A stretch of 49,472 nt of DNA from Eubacteriales bacterium (GTDB taxonomy: Bacteria > Bacillota > Clostridia > Oscillospirales > CAG-272): the NCBI GenBank assembly GCA_045587665.1, contig JAZNCT010000073.1, forward strand, positions 1-49,472, read 5' to 3'. The stretch's first letter is position 1; each line of letters starts with the position of its first letter. Under the pieces are notes generated by a model. It did no database searches, was not told the origin of the DNA, and saw only the letters and a program-made list of their open reading frames with translations. Of the stretch, positions 1 through 8,260 are shown piece after piece. A program made the translations under genes and the position numbers.

Positions 1-25
1 GAAAGGATCTTTGCTTCATTCTCAT
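1..25 (-). CDS. potB: 5' end of probable polyamine ABC permease (PotB), truncated by window edge
   Basis: ATG at 25-23 overlaps the potA TGA (ATGA coupling) and reads MRMKQRSF... Identity is inferred only from potABCD gene order. Confidence 0.5.
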
Positions 26-1152
26 TCCTCCTCTGTATTGACCGAAAGCTCCTCAAGCTCATCGCTGAAGGAAGAATAATCTCCAAACTGATCGGAATAT
101 TTGGACTTTTTCATAACATGGATAGCATCGGGCTCAATATAAAGACCTATATGCTCGTCCTGAGCAACAAAATCTGTTGTCTGTATCATCCATTTAAAGC
201 CGCCGATATCAACAATTATCTCATAGTGAACGCCCTTGAAGGTAACGCTTGTTACAACCCCGGAAAGCATACCCTTTTCCACGGGAACAACGTCAACATC
301 CTCGGGTCTTACAACGATGTCAACAGCCTCGCCCTTTTCAAATCCCTTATCAAGGCAGTCAAAGGTCTGATTTGAAAATCTCGCCTTAAAATCATCAAGC
401 ATAACACCGTCAAGAATGTTACTCTCCCCAATAAAGTCGGCAACAAAAGCGTTGACAGGCTCATTATAAATATCGGTTGGAGTTCCGATCTGCTGTATAA
501 CGCCCTCATTCATAACCACTATAACATCTGACATAGAGAGAGCCTCTTCCTGATCGTGGGTTACATATATAAAGGTGATGCCGGTTTGAACCTGAATGTT
601 TTTAAGCTCGTTCTGCATATCCTTACGCAGCTTCAGGTCAAGTGCGCCCAGTGGCTCGTCAAGGAGAAGCACACGAGGCTTGTTTATAAGAGCTCTTGCA
701 ATAGCAACTCTCTGCTGCTGACCGCCCGAAAGCGACTCAACATTTCTGCGCTCAAAGCCGGAAAGATTCACCATTCTCAGCATATCCTTAACCCTGCGGC
801 TGATCTCCTCTTCCTTCAGCTTTTTGCCAAGGCGAAGACCAAATGCAACATTCTCATATACATTGAGGTGCGGAAAAAGCGCATACTTCTGAAAAACTGT
901 ATTGACCTGCCTTTTATAAGGAGGCAGATCGTTAATTTTTGCACCTTCAAAAAACACCTCTCCCGAATCGGGCGTTTCAAAGCCTGCGATAATGCGCAGA
1001 GTTGTAGTCTTTCCGCATCCCGAAGGGCCAAGAAAGGTTACAAATTCTTTATCGTGAATATCAAGGTCGATACCGTCAAGAACGGTTTCTCCGTCATATG
1101 ATTTTGAAATATTTTTAAGTTCAATAATTCTGCCGGCATTAGGTATAGTCAA
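22..1152 (-). CDS. potA: Spermidine/putrescine ABC transporter ATP-binding subunit
   Basis: Walker [50 protein letters not shown]-terminal TOBE-like region. Confidence 0.92.
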   Translation of the reverse strand: MTIPNAGRIIELKNISKSYDGETVLDGIDLDIHDKEFVTFLGPSGCGKTTTLRIIAGFETPDSGEVFFEGAKINDLPPYKRQVNTVFQKYALFPHLNVYENVAFGLRLGKKLKEEEISRRVKDMLRMVNLSGFERRNVESLSGGQQQRVAIARALINKPRVLLLDEPLGALDLKLRKDMQNELKNIQVQTGITFIYVTHDQEEALSMSDVIVVMNEGVIQQIGTPTDIYNEPVNAFVADFIGESNILDGVMLDDFKARFSNQTFDCLDKGFEKGEAVDIVVRPEDVDVVPVEKGMLSGVVTSVTFKGVHYEIIVDIGGFKWMIQTTDFVAQDEHIGLYIEPDAIHVMKKSKYSDQFGDYSSFSDELEELSVNTEEE

Positions 1153-1219
1153 CTCAGTAAAACCTCCAAATAAAAGAAAATAAAATGTTTAAGAAAACAA
1201 TAACCCATTCTGATGATAT

Positions 1220-1248
1220 ATTGTAGCAGAGATTGACATAAAATGCAA
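1220..1248 (-). promoter_or_regulatory. sigmaA-type promoter for potA
   Basis: TTGCAT-17-TACAAT on - strand. Confidence 0.55.
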
Positions 1249-1443
1249 TATATTTTTCAAAAAAAATCTAATTATTATGAAAAATATTGGATTAAATGAG
1301 ATTTTTCGTGTTTTTTTACAGATTAACACCACAAATTCTTCCATATACTCAATTATTCTCGTTTATCCTCACTTTTTCTCAAAAAAACATCCCACAGCTT
1401 TCTTATTTGTTTCAACAGCTGTTTTACAAAAAATCAATGCTTA

Positions 1444-1472
1444 TTGACTTTTTTCGTCAAAAGATTTATAAT
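1444..1472 (+). promoter_or_regulatory. sigmaA-type promoter for TraX-family gene
   Basis: TTGACT-17-TATAAT, followed by a purine-rich RBS and a TTG start. Confidence 0.7.
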
Positions 1473-1495
1473 AATCGAGAAAGGGGGCGGCAGAT

Positions 1496-2245
1496 TTGGA
1501 GAATATTCAGACAAAAATTTTTTTTCTGAGCGGAAATGCACTTAAATTTATTGCTGCACTCTCAATGCTTGCAGATCACATCGGCATGATATTTTTTCCG
1601 AATATTCAGATTTTCAGAATAATAGGCAGGCTTGCCTTTCCCATATTTGCATTTATGATAGCCGAGGGCTGCAGATATACAAAAAACAAAGCTCGATATT
1701 TTTTCACAGTGTTTGTGCTTGGCATTATCTGCCAAACTGCATATTTCCTTTACAACGGCGATACATATATGAACGTCCTGATAACCTTTTCGCTTTCAAT
1801 AATAGCTGTTTACTCTCTCCAGAATTTCAAAAACACCGTTTTTTCAGAAAACCGCACGGTCGTTAAGTGCATTGCATCTGCACTGGTGCTTTTTACAACG
1901 GTTTTAGCCATACTGATATTAAATATAATTTTTGAGATCGACTATGGATTTTTCGGATGTATGCTTGCATTTTTAGTCTCACTGTTTCATATGCCAGAAG
2001 GAGCACCGAAAAATCTAAAAAAGCTTGACACCCTCCCCTGCCGCCTTTTGATGCTTTTAATAGGACTTGTTCTTATTGCATTGGGCTCCGGAAAAAATCA
2101 GCCATTCGCATTAATGTCGCTTCCAATTCTTCTTTGCTATTCCGGAAAGCGCGGAAGGCTTAAAACAAAATATTTTTTCTATATCTTCTACCCGCTTCAT
2201 CTTGCTCTGCTTCAGGGCATTGCAATTATAATCGAACTAATGTAA
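1496..2245 (+). CDS. TraX family membrane protein (putative acyltransferase)
   Basis: LKFIAALSMLADHIG, GRLAFPIFAFMIAEG, TKNKARY and the C-terminal KYFFYIFYPLHL are TraX-family motifs; polytopic. Confidence 0.85.
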   Translation: MENIQTKIFFLSGNALKFIAALSMLADHIGMIFFPNIQIFRIIGRLAFPIFAFMIAEGCRYTKNKARYFFTVFVLGIICQTAYFLYNGDTYMNVLITFSLSIIAVYSLQNFKNTVFSENRTVVKCIASALVLFTTVLAILILNIIFEIDYGFFGCMLAFLVSLFHMPEGAPKNLKKLDTLPCRLLMLLIGLVLIALGSGKNQPFALMSLPILLCYSGKRGRLKTKYFFYIFYPLHLALLQGIAIIIELM

Positions 2246-2287
2246 AAGCATCCGCCGGCTTATAAAAATGAGCAAGCGGATGCTTTT
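2244..2287. terminator. Bidirectional intrinsic terminator
   Basis: AAAAGCATCCGC...GCGGATGCTTTT inverted repeat between convergent genes. Confidence 0.8.
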
Positions 2288-2293
2288 TATATT

Positions 2294-3028
2294 TCAATCT
2301 TCACCTTTCCTTTTCATGGAAAGTGCAATAAACAACCCATATGTGCCGGTAACCAAAGTAAGAAACACACAGGTGAGCACTCTCAATGCAATAGTTTTGG
2401 GTTCACAGGAAAAAACGCTGAGTGCATTGAAAACGCCGTGAGCTGCAATGCAAAAGACGAGACTGTTTGTTTTTAAATAAATCATAACAAACATAAAACC
2501 TGCCGCTGTGGCATAGATCACCTGCATAAGATTTGGAAGAAGCTGAGCCCCCGAGCCGTTGATAAGATTTATGATATGCCCCATTCCAAAGGTAAGGCTT
2601 GAAACCAAAACCGCCCACCTGAGATCATCTTTACGCATTGCATTGAACAAAAGCCCCCTGAAGATCACCTCTTCTAAAAAGCCAACACAAAACATAGTGA
2701 AAATATATAAAAGAGTTTCCACCACTCCATATCTAAGGCAAAAACCGCCCCAAATATTTGCCGCCATCATACAAAGAAGAGGTATGTAATAAAGCATCTC
2801 CCCTGCCGAAGAGCTAGGCCTGCAAAGTCCATATTCCCTTAGCAATCCGTTGTTTTTAAGGAAGGCAAACAGCAAAACCGAAAGAACAAGCCCCACAAGC
2901 ATCGAAAAGGATTTTTGAAGTCCTGCCATTTCAGAGAGCCTGTCGCCTGCCGACATCAGAACACAATAAGAAATGATCCAAAAAACAGAGAACCAAACTT
3001 GGCTTTTTGCATAAAGTTTTTTAAGCAT
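2294..3028 (-). CDS. CPBP (Abi/CAAX-type) intramembrane metalloprotease
   Basis: EEVIFRG, FGMGH and HGVFN motifs; start set at ATG 3028 after a GGGGTG RBS. Confidence 0.88.
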   Translation of the reverse strand: MLKKLYAKSQVWFSVFWIISYCVLMSAGDRLSEMAGLQKSFSMLVGLVLSVLLFAFLKNNGLLREYGLCRPSSSAGEMLYYIPLLCMMAANIWGGFCLRYGVVETLLYIFTMFCVGFLEEVIFRGLLFNAMRKDDLRWAVLVSSLTFGMGHIINLINGSGAQLLPNLMQVIYATAAGFMFVMIYLKTNSLVFCIAAHGVFNALSVFSCEPKTIALRVLTCVFLTLVTGTYGLFIALSMKRKGED

Positions 3029-3073
3029 TCTACACCCCATATTATAACTCAGCTAAGTATAATTTTTTATATT

Positions 3074-3616
3074 TTAAGGCTCATAAGTATCCATAATGTC
3101 AACAAGCTCCTCTATAGCTTTGCGTTTCTTCTCTCGAAGAGCATCGCCCTCTTTAGCATACCCAATAGTAATAACAAGCCTGACCGCACCCTCAAGACCG
3201 CATATCTTTCGCAATTCGCTATCGTCAAGCCAGCCCAGAATACAAGATCCAAGTCCGTTAGCCGTTGCTTCTGCGGTTATATAAGCAGAGAGTATTCCAA
3301 TGTCGATAGAACGATAATCGTTGCCTTTCACCTTTGCCCCAAGTGCCGCAGATGCCACATAGGGTTTTTCTGAAATAACCATAAGAACAGGCGCATCCGT
3401 GGCGAATTTATTCATTCCCATACCCTGGGTGGCTCTGGCAACTTTTTTCGCAGCATCGCCTTTGCAAACCGTTATGTGATAGGGCTGACCGTTGCAGGCA
3501 GAGGGTGCCAGACGGGCTGTGGCGATTATTCTATCAAGCTTTTCCTTTTCCACGCATCGTTCTCTGTCATAGCTTCGGCAAGACTGCCTATTTAAAGCAA
3601 TTTCGGTAAAATTCAT
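3074..3616 (-). CDS. Nitroreductase family protein
   Basis: RQSCRSY, APSACNGQPY, GLGSCILG; start MNFTEIAL at 3616 after a GGAG RBS. Confidence 0.9.
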   Translation of the reverse strand: MNFTEIALNRQSCRSYDRERCVEKEKLDRIIATARLAPSACNGQPYHITVCKGDAAKKVARATQGMGMNKFATDAPVLMVISEKPYVASAALGAKVKGNDYRSIDIGILSAYITAEATANGLGSCILGWLDDSELRKICGLEGAVRLVITIGYAKEGDALREKKRKAIEELVDIMDTYEP

Positions 3617-3617
3617 A

Positions 3618-4172
3618 CTATTTTCTCCTGTTTTTAATATTTTTTGTGATAAGCTTCGTAAAAAGATAGATCCCATAACCTATCATAAAGCCCAGAGAGT
3701 TTAATATCAGATCATCAATGTCACTGACTCGGTCATAAAACGGAAGCTGAAGTATTTCGATAAAAAGCGAAACTCCAAAGCCTGCGGCAATCACCTTTTT
3801 ATGTGTGTCAAGCCCCCTAAAAACAGCAGGCCAGATAATGCCGAGAGGAATAAACATTGCAGTGTTGCCGATAAGGTTGAGCAATGCTTCCGAAAACTTT
3901 GGATAATCTAAAAGATATATAAAAGGAATCAGATTTATGCGAAGGGGAAACAGTCTTGAAACATCAAACACAAGCGGTTGTATCTGCCCCTCCACCTTTG
4001 AAAAAGGAAAAAAGGTAAATCTCGCCACAACTATGAGGCAAATATATACAAGCATCAGCTTTGCTTCCCGCCCCATTTTCACCTGTCTGTTTGCAAACCA
4101 CACGCAGGCACGCATAAATATCCAGATTACGCTTATGAAAATAACAAAAGCGGGATAGGTGATCTCCACCAT
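3618..4172 (-). CDS. VanZ family membrane protein
   Basis: INLIPF, NLIGNTAMFIPLG, IEILQL, RVSDIDDLILNSLG. Confidence 0.88.
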   Translation of the reverse strand: MVEITYPAFVIFISVIWIFMRACVWFANRQVKMGREAKLMLVYICLIVVARFTFFPFSKVEGQIQPLVFDVSRLFPLRINLIPFIYLLDYPKFSEALLNLIGNTAMFIPLGIIWPAVFRGLDTHKKVIAAGFGVSLFIEILQLPFYDRVSDIDDLILNSLGFMIGYGIYLFTKLITKNIKNRRK

Positions 4173-4208
4173 ATTATCTTTATTCCTCCTATCTTTTAAC
4201 TTTATTAC

Positions 4209-4237
4209 ATTTTATCACCTTTTTGGGAAAATGGCAA
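4209..4237 (-). promoter_or_regulatory. sigmaA-type promoter for the vanZ-nitroreductase genes
   Basis: TTGCCA-17-TAAAAT with TG extension on - strand. Confidence 0.6.
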
Positions 4238-4348
4238 GCGGTTTTAAAACAAAGAACAAATAAAGTATAATGATACAAATTGTCCAAAGTATAATCCTTA
4301 GCTCTCCTGCATATACTTTTCTAAAGCTTATATCAGGAGGGTGAATCT

Positions 4349-4873
4349 ATGAAGCGTTCCATAGGTCTTTGGCAGTTGTTCGGCTTTGCATTTACAGCTC
4401 TTTTGGGAACTTTACTGCATTTTTTATACGATTGGCTCGGCCAGGCAACTTGGGTAGCCCCATTTTCGGGTGTAAATGAATCCACCTGGGAACATATGAA
4501 GCTGCTTTTCTGGCCAATGTTTATCTATGCCATAATAGAAAGCTTTTTGTTTCGTGACCGAAAAGACTTTTGGTGCATAAAGCTTCGGGGCATACTGCTT
4601 GGAGAACTGATGATACCCGTTTTGTTTTACACATATAACGGTGTGATAGGCACTTCTCCGGACTTTATAAACATTGCCATATTCTTTATTTCAGCGGCAA
4701 TTGCATATATCTTTGAGACAAAAAAATTCAATGATGAAACGATAGTGTGCAGATCGCAAAAGGCAGCATTCGGAGTTCTTTTGGGAGTGGCAGTGCTGTT
4801 TGTAGTTTTCACATTTATAACCCCCGAAATAGGGATCTTTAAAGATCCTCTCACGGGCAGCTACGGCATATAA
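4349..4873 (+). CDS. Conserved membrane protein (DUF6512-like)
   Basis: GTLLHFLYDW and VNESTWEHMKLLFWP motifs; strong GGAGGGTG RBS; possible sigmaE-like promoter GTATAA..CATATACT at 4289-4317. Confidence 0.7.
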   Translation: MKRSIGLWQLFGFAFTALLGTLLHFLYDWLGQATWVAPFSGVNESTWEHMKLLFWPMFIYAIIESFLFRDRKDFWCIKLRGILLGELMIPVLFYTYNGVIGTSPDFINIAIFFISAAIAYIFETKKFNDETIVCRSQKAAFGVLLGVAVLFVVFTFITPEIGIFKDPLTGSYGI

Positions 4874-4880
4874 GAAAAAG

Positions 4881-4902
4881 GCCTTTGCCATACTGCAAAG
4901 GC
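4881..4902. terminator. Hairpin terminator between convergent genes
   Basis: GCCTTTGC-CATACT-GCAAAGGC with an A-tract on the left (U-tract on - strand). Confidence 0.65.
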
Positions 4903-4908
4903 GCTCTC

Positions 4909-5985
4909 CTATATTATTGTCCCATCATTTGATATCTCAATGCAGATATTACACCTATCTCTTATTGCAGTTTCAGAAAAATACGCATTTTCAAGAGGTA
5001 TCCATTCCTCAAAAAAACGTTTTGCAAACATAGGAGTGTTTCTCTTTAATATCCGCTCCTTCTGATATTCTTCTCCAATATCCAAAAACACCGAAAGATC
5101 ATAAAAATCCGCAAGCACGGGGTGCATTGAATATGCCCCCTCAACAACTGTCAAGGGCTTTGATGCGATCTCCAAAGGAGGCATCAGCTGCTGCTTCTCG
5201 CAATCAAATCTCCTGTAAAGAATTTTTTTGTTTTGGGATAGCGGAAGCATAACCTCCTGCAAAAGACGTTCCCGGTCAACATTTCCGCCAATTTCCGAGA
5301 ACCGCTCAGGTGTTCTCTGCTCCGGACGCAAAAAGAAATCATCCATATGGAGCACGGTGCAATCATAAAGCTTTTGAAGAAGCTGTGCCAGGGTTGTTTT
5401 GCCGCTTGCACTGCCCCCCTCTATGGCAAGAATAAGCCTGCCTTTCTTCAGCCTCTTGTCTATCTCTGAAAACAGAGGTAAAAATCTCACAAATTGATCT
5501 GATATGACCCTATATGAGGGTCTGTAAGCTAAACGAAATTCAGAGGAATGATGAAGCGAAGGATAGCCCTGCGCACGCCAGGAATCAAGCGTGGTATTAA
5601 ATTCTTTTTCATCAAACGGAAGCTCTCCGAGAGAGACAAGCTCGTTTACAACATCAAGCTTTTTCTCCAAAGCTTCTCTCCCGGTTTTCTCTGTTTTTGC
5701 CGAGAGAAAAAACAGTTTTCCAAGTGTGGCGGGATCTATTCCCCTATCAAGCCAGCCAAGATGAACCCTGCTGTATGCGCCGTCAAGCTTCTCCGAAATT
5801 GCATCACTTGGTGAATCCAACGAAGCGTGCTCGCACCTGATGCGATTTATAGCATCGGCCTCTGATGATATCATATGCTCACATCCAAAGGCACTTTGAT
5901 ATAAAAATTTAAAAATATCGGATATCTGCAAAAGCGGATAGGTGTAATAGTGCCCTAACAAGAGTCTGCGTGTTTGACCACTCAT
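4909..5985 (-). CDS. Uridine-kinase-like P-loop kinase fused to an N-terminal domain of unknown function
   Basis: C-terminal half has GGSASGKTT, HMDDFFL, GGNVDRER, VVEGAYS and WIPLENAYF; the N-terminal ~170 aa are unrelated to the kinase. Confidence 0.75.
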   Translation of the reverse strand: MSGQTRRLLLGHYYTYPLLQISDIFKFLYQSAFGCEHMISSEADAINRIRCEHASLDSPSDAISEKLDGAYSRVHLGWLDRGIDPATLGKLFFLSAKTEKTGREALEKKLDVVNELVSLGELPFDEKEFNTTLDSWRAQGYPSLHHSSEFRLAYRPSYRVISDQFVRFLPLFSEIDKRLKKGRLILAIEGGSASGKTTLAQLLQKLYDCTVLHMDDFFLRPEQRTPERFSEIGGNVDRERLLQEVMLPLSQNKKILYRRFDCEKQQLMPPLEIASKPLTVVEGAYSMHPVLADFYDLSVFLDIGEEYQKERILKRNTPMFAKRFFEEWIPLENAYFSETAIRDRCNICIEISNDGTII

Positions 5986-5986
5986 A

Positions 5987-6583
5987 TTATTCCACCACCT
6001 GCTTGCATACCCTTTCTATAATGTTCCAAGCATCAATATCATTTGTCACAACAGGTATACAAAAGGACATATCGCTTTTCTTTAGCCAATACGCATCTTT
6101 AAATCCGCTTTGCGTTTCAAGCTTCTCCGATATCAAAGAGCATTGTTCGTTTGGCAAAACATAATGCTCCTCATAGTTAAAATTGAGCTCAAAAAGATCT
6201 ATCCGATAAACAGAAATTTTTATATTCTCACCAAAATCGAAGCATGAAATAACATATTCCCTGCTGCGAAAAACACCGTCTTTCCCCTTTTTTATAGGCT
6301 GTTTTTTCAGCTCATATGTGGCAATCGTGCTCTTTTCATCTATTTTGATCCTATTATCTCTCAGCAGTATTCTCAGCACATCTTCAACATCGACCTCGGT
6401 TATCTTAGTTGTTTTTGAAATTGCTAAAGCGCCGACCGACATTGAAAGAAAAGCAAAGCCGATCTGCCCGCCTCCCCAAACATATACCGTTATATACAGC
6501 GAAAAGGCGGCAGCCATTATACATAATATCTCAAACACAGTCCAGCTCTTTTGATAAAAATATTTTTTTACCGTGTCTCCCAT
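5987..6583 (-). CDS. Hypothetical protein with two N-terminal TM helices
   Basis: 198-aa ORF, AGGAGG RBS, own promoter, 1-nt gap to the downstream kinase gene. Confidence 0.75.
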   Translation of the reverse strand: MGDTVKKYFYQKSWTVFEILCIMAAAFSLYITVYVWGGGQIGFAFLSMSVGALAISKTTKITEVDVEDVLRILLRDNRIKIDEKSTIATYELKKQPIKKGKDGVFRSREYVISCFDFGENIKISVYRIDLFELNFNYEEHYVLPNEQCSLISEKLETQSGFKDAYWLKKSDMSFCIPVVTNDIDAWNIIERVCKQVVE

Positions 6584-6606
6584 ATTCCGCCTCCTCTTTT
6601 TATAAT

Positions 6607-6635
6607 ATTATAGCATATCGAAGCAGATCTTTCAA
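6607..6635 (-). promoter_or_regulatory. sigmaA-type promoter
   Basis: TTGAAA-17-TATAAT with TG extension on - strand. Confidence 0.7.
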
Positions 6636-6717
6636 GTATATTTAAATTTTTGCTTGTACTGCGTAAAATTTTATGGTAAAATAGATCGAAAGATAAAACA
6701 CTGTAATGGAGATAAGT

Positions 6718-6852
6718 ATGGACAGACGCGATTTTGAAAAGCTGGTGCTTGAAAGCTTTGGCATCACCGCAGATTATCCCTTTGAAAACGACCCATTGAC
6801 TGCGGTTTTTCGCCACAGATCAAACAAAATCAATAAAAAAGCAAACCGCTGA
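6718..6852 (+). pseudogene. Truncated MmcQ/YjbR-like gene fragment (44 aa)
   Basis: MDRRDFEKLVLESFGITADYPFENDPLTAVFRHRSNK resembles the N-terminus of Firmicute MmcQ/YjbR proteins (..DYPW....AVFRH..NKKWF), then degrades into an A-rich tail; GGAGA RBS and TTGTAC-17-TAAAAT promoter (6654-6682) are retained. Confidence 0.6.
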
Positions 6853-6867
6853 AAGCATCAGCAAGAT

Positions 6868-6896
6868 TTGACAATTTGCTTTTTATATGATAAAAT
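6868..6896 (+). promoter_or_regulatory. sigmaA promoter of trxA
   Basis: TTGACA-17-TAAAAT with TG extension. Confidence 0.8.
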
Positions 6897-6920
6897 ACAA
6901 AAAATATCGGAGGTAAAACT

Positions 6921-7226
6921 ATGTCTGTTTTGAAACTGAAAAATGCTGATTTTGAAAACGAAATACTAAACAAAGAAGGGATAGCTCTGGTGGATTTTTA
7001 TGCCGATTGGTGCGGTCCATGCAAAATGCTTGCGCCCGTAATCGAAGAGATCGCCGCAGAAAGACCCGATGTTACCGTTGCCAAGATAAATGTTGATGAA
7101 GAGGGAGAGCTTGCCGCAAAATACGGCGTTATGAGCATACCTACACTCATCATCTTCAAAAACGGAGAAGAAAATGAGAGGATCGTCGGCTTTAAACAAA
7201 AAAGAGCTATCCTTTCTATGTTATAA
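6921..7226 (+). CDS. trxA: Thioredoxin
   Basis: VDFYADWCGPCK, MSIPTL; 101 aa; GGAGGT RBS. Confidence 0.96.
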   Translation: MSVLKLKNADFENEILNKEGIALVDFYADWCGPCKMLAPVIEEIAAERPDVTVAKINVDEEGELAAKYGVMSIPTLIIFKNGEENERIVGFKQKRAILSML

Positions 7227-7258
7227 AAAACAGAGCTGAGGCATCTCAGCTCTGTTTT
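7227..7258 (+). terminator. Intrinsic terminator of trxA
   Basis: AAAACAGAGCTGAG-GCAT-CTCAGCTCTGTTTT. Confidence 0.88.
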
Positions 7259-7290
7259 CTTGTTTTGCTAAATGCAAGTGAAAACCGCAC

Positions 7291-7318
7291 TTGACTAAAA
7301 AAATATATTTGTTATACT
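7291..7318 (+). promoter_or_regulatory. Orphan sigmaA-type promoter
   Basis: TTGACT-16-TATACT with TG extension; no long ORF downstream. Confidence 0.6.
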
Positions 7319-7398
7319 AAAAGTGTTAGATTTTAGAAAAAACGCCTACATATAGGTCGAAAGGAAATTCTAAGGACACCGAGGAAAGGAGCACAAAA

Positions 7399-7485
7399 TT
7401 GGACAAATTACGAAAGGATGAAACCATGGATGCAATGATTTGTGAGCTGTTTTTCCACCGACAGGAAAAGGCTCTCAATGTATAA
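7399..7485 (+). CDS. Putative 28-aa microprotein (or ECF sigma factor remnant)
   Basis: GAAAGGAG RBS, TTG start, MDKLRKDETMDAMICELFFHRQEKALNV*; second RBS and ATG at 7426. Confidence 0.4.
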   Translation: MDKLRKDETMDAMICELFFHRQEKALNV

Positions 7486-7522
7486 TTTACCATGATGTAA
7501 AATATATAGAACAAAACAATTA

Positions 7523-7562
7523 AAACAAGCAAAGCATGGCGAGTGCCATGCTTTGCTTGTTT
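7523..7562. terminator. Bidirectional intrinsic terminator (end of the B12 operon and of the orphan unit)
   Basis: AAACAAGCAAAGCATGGC-GAGT-GCCATGCTTTGCTTGTTT, 18-bp stem. Confidence 0.88.
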
Positions 7563-8260
7563 TATACCCCGTATTTGATTTTAATGCGTTCAAGCTTATC
7601 ACCAAAAGGCTTTGCCATAGACCAAAGAAAAATAAAATTTGATACAGAATAAAGCAAGGTGTGGGGGACTGCAGCAAGAACAGAAGCGTAATATAGGCTG
7701 AGATTAAAGGTGGAATTATATGATATCACGTTCCACACATCCATTATTAAAGAATACAAAACACCTGACATGACACCGTAAAATATCAGAAAGCCTCTGC
7801 TTTTTTTCATAATTCCCGATAAAAATGCGGCCAAAAAACCGATAAGGCCAAAGGCCAGCATCTGAAATGGCGTCCAGGGCCCCTGTCCAAAATAAAAATT
7901 TGAAACAAGAGCCGAAAGTGCGCCAGTGAGAAATCCTGCCTCACTGCCAAGATAAACAGCAGTTATAATAGTTATGGCAGTTATCGGCTTAAAAAAAGGT
8001 ATCAGCCTTCCGATAACACTCAGTGCTATCATAACCGAAACGATAACCATTCTCCTTGCTCCAATGCTCCGCTTATCTATACCGATAAAGAAAAGAATAA
8101 GAGAAAGCATCGCAACCGAAAGAGAGATAAACAAATGGCTTCGCGCATCCAAAACCATCGCTCCAAGGGCAACGCAAAGGGGAATCAGAACAAGAGGAAT
8201 GGCGAATCTAAGAAGACATCTGAGCTTTTGATTTTTTATTTCAAGCATAACAGCCTCCAT
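7562..8260 (-). CDS. ECF transporter S component (CbrT-like, cobalamin-related)
   Basis: FKPITAI, GFLTGALSALVSNFYFGQGPWTPFQM; last gene of the cobalamin-riboswitch operon; TAATG overlap with the ATPase gene. Confidence 0.85.
   Translation of the reverse strand: MEAVMLEIKNQKLRCLLRFAIPLVLIPLCVALGAMVLDARSHLFISLSVAMLSLILFFIGIDKRSIGARRMVIVSVMIALSVIGRLIPFFKPITAITIITAVYLGSEAGFLTGALSALVSNFYFGQGPWTPFQMLAFGLIGFLAAFLSGIMKKSRGFLIFYGVMSGVLYSLIMDVWNVISYNSTFNLSLYYASVLAAVPHTLLYSVSNFIFLWSMAKPFGDKLERIKIKYGV

Noticed and set aside
1296-1440. 78-codon ORF and DnaA-box-like words (TTATCCTCA, GTTTCAACA) in the AT-rich potA-traX gap
   Set aside because: The ORF is F/K-rich with no RBS and overlaps promoters. The boxes are all mismatched and no dnaA/dnaN is nearby, so an origin is not supported.
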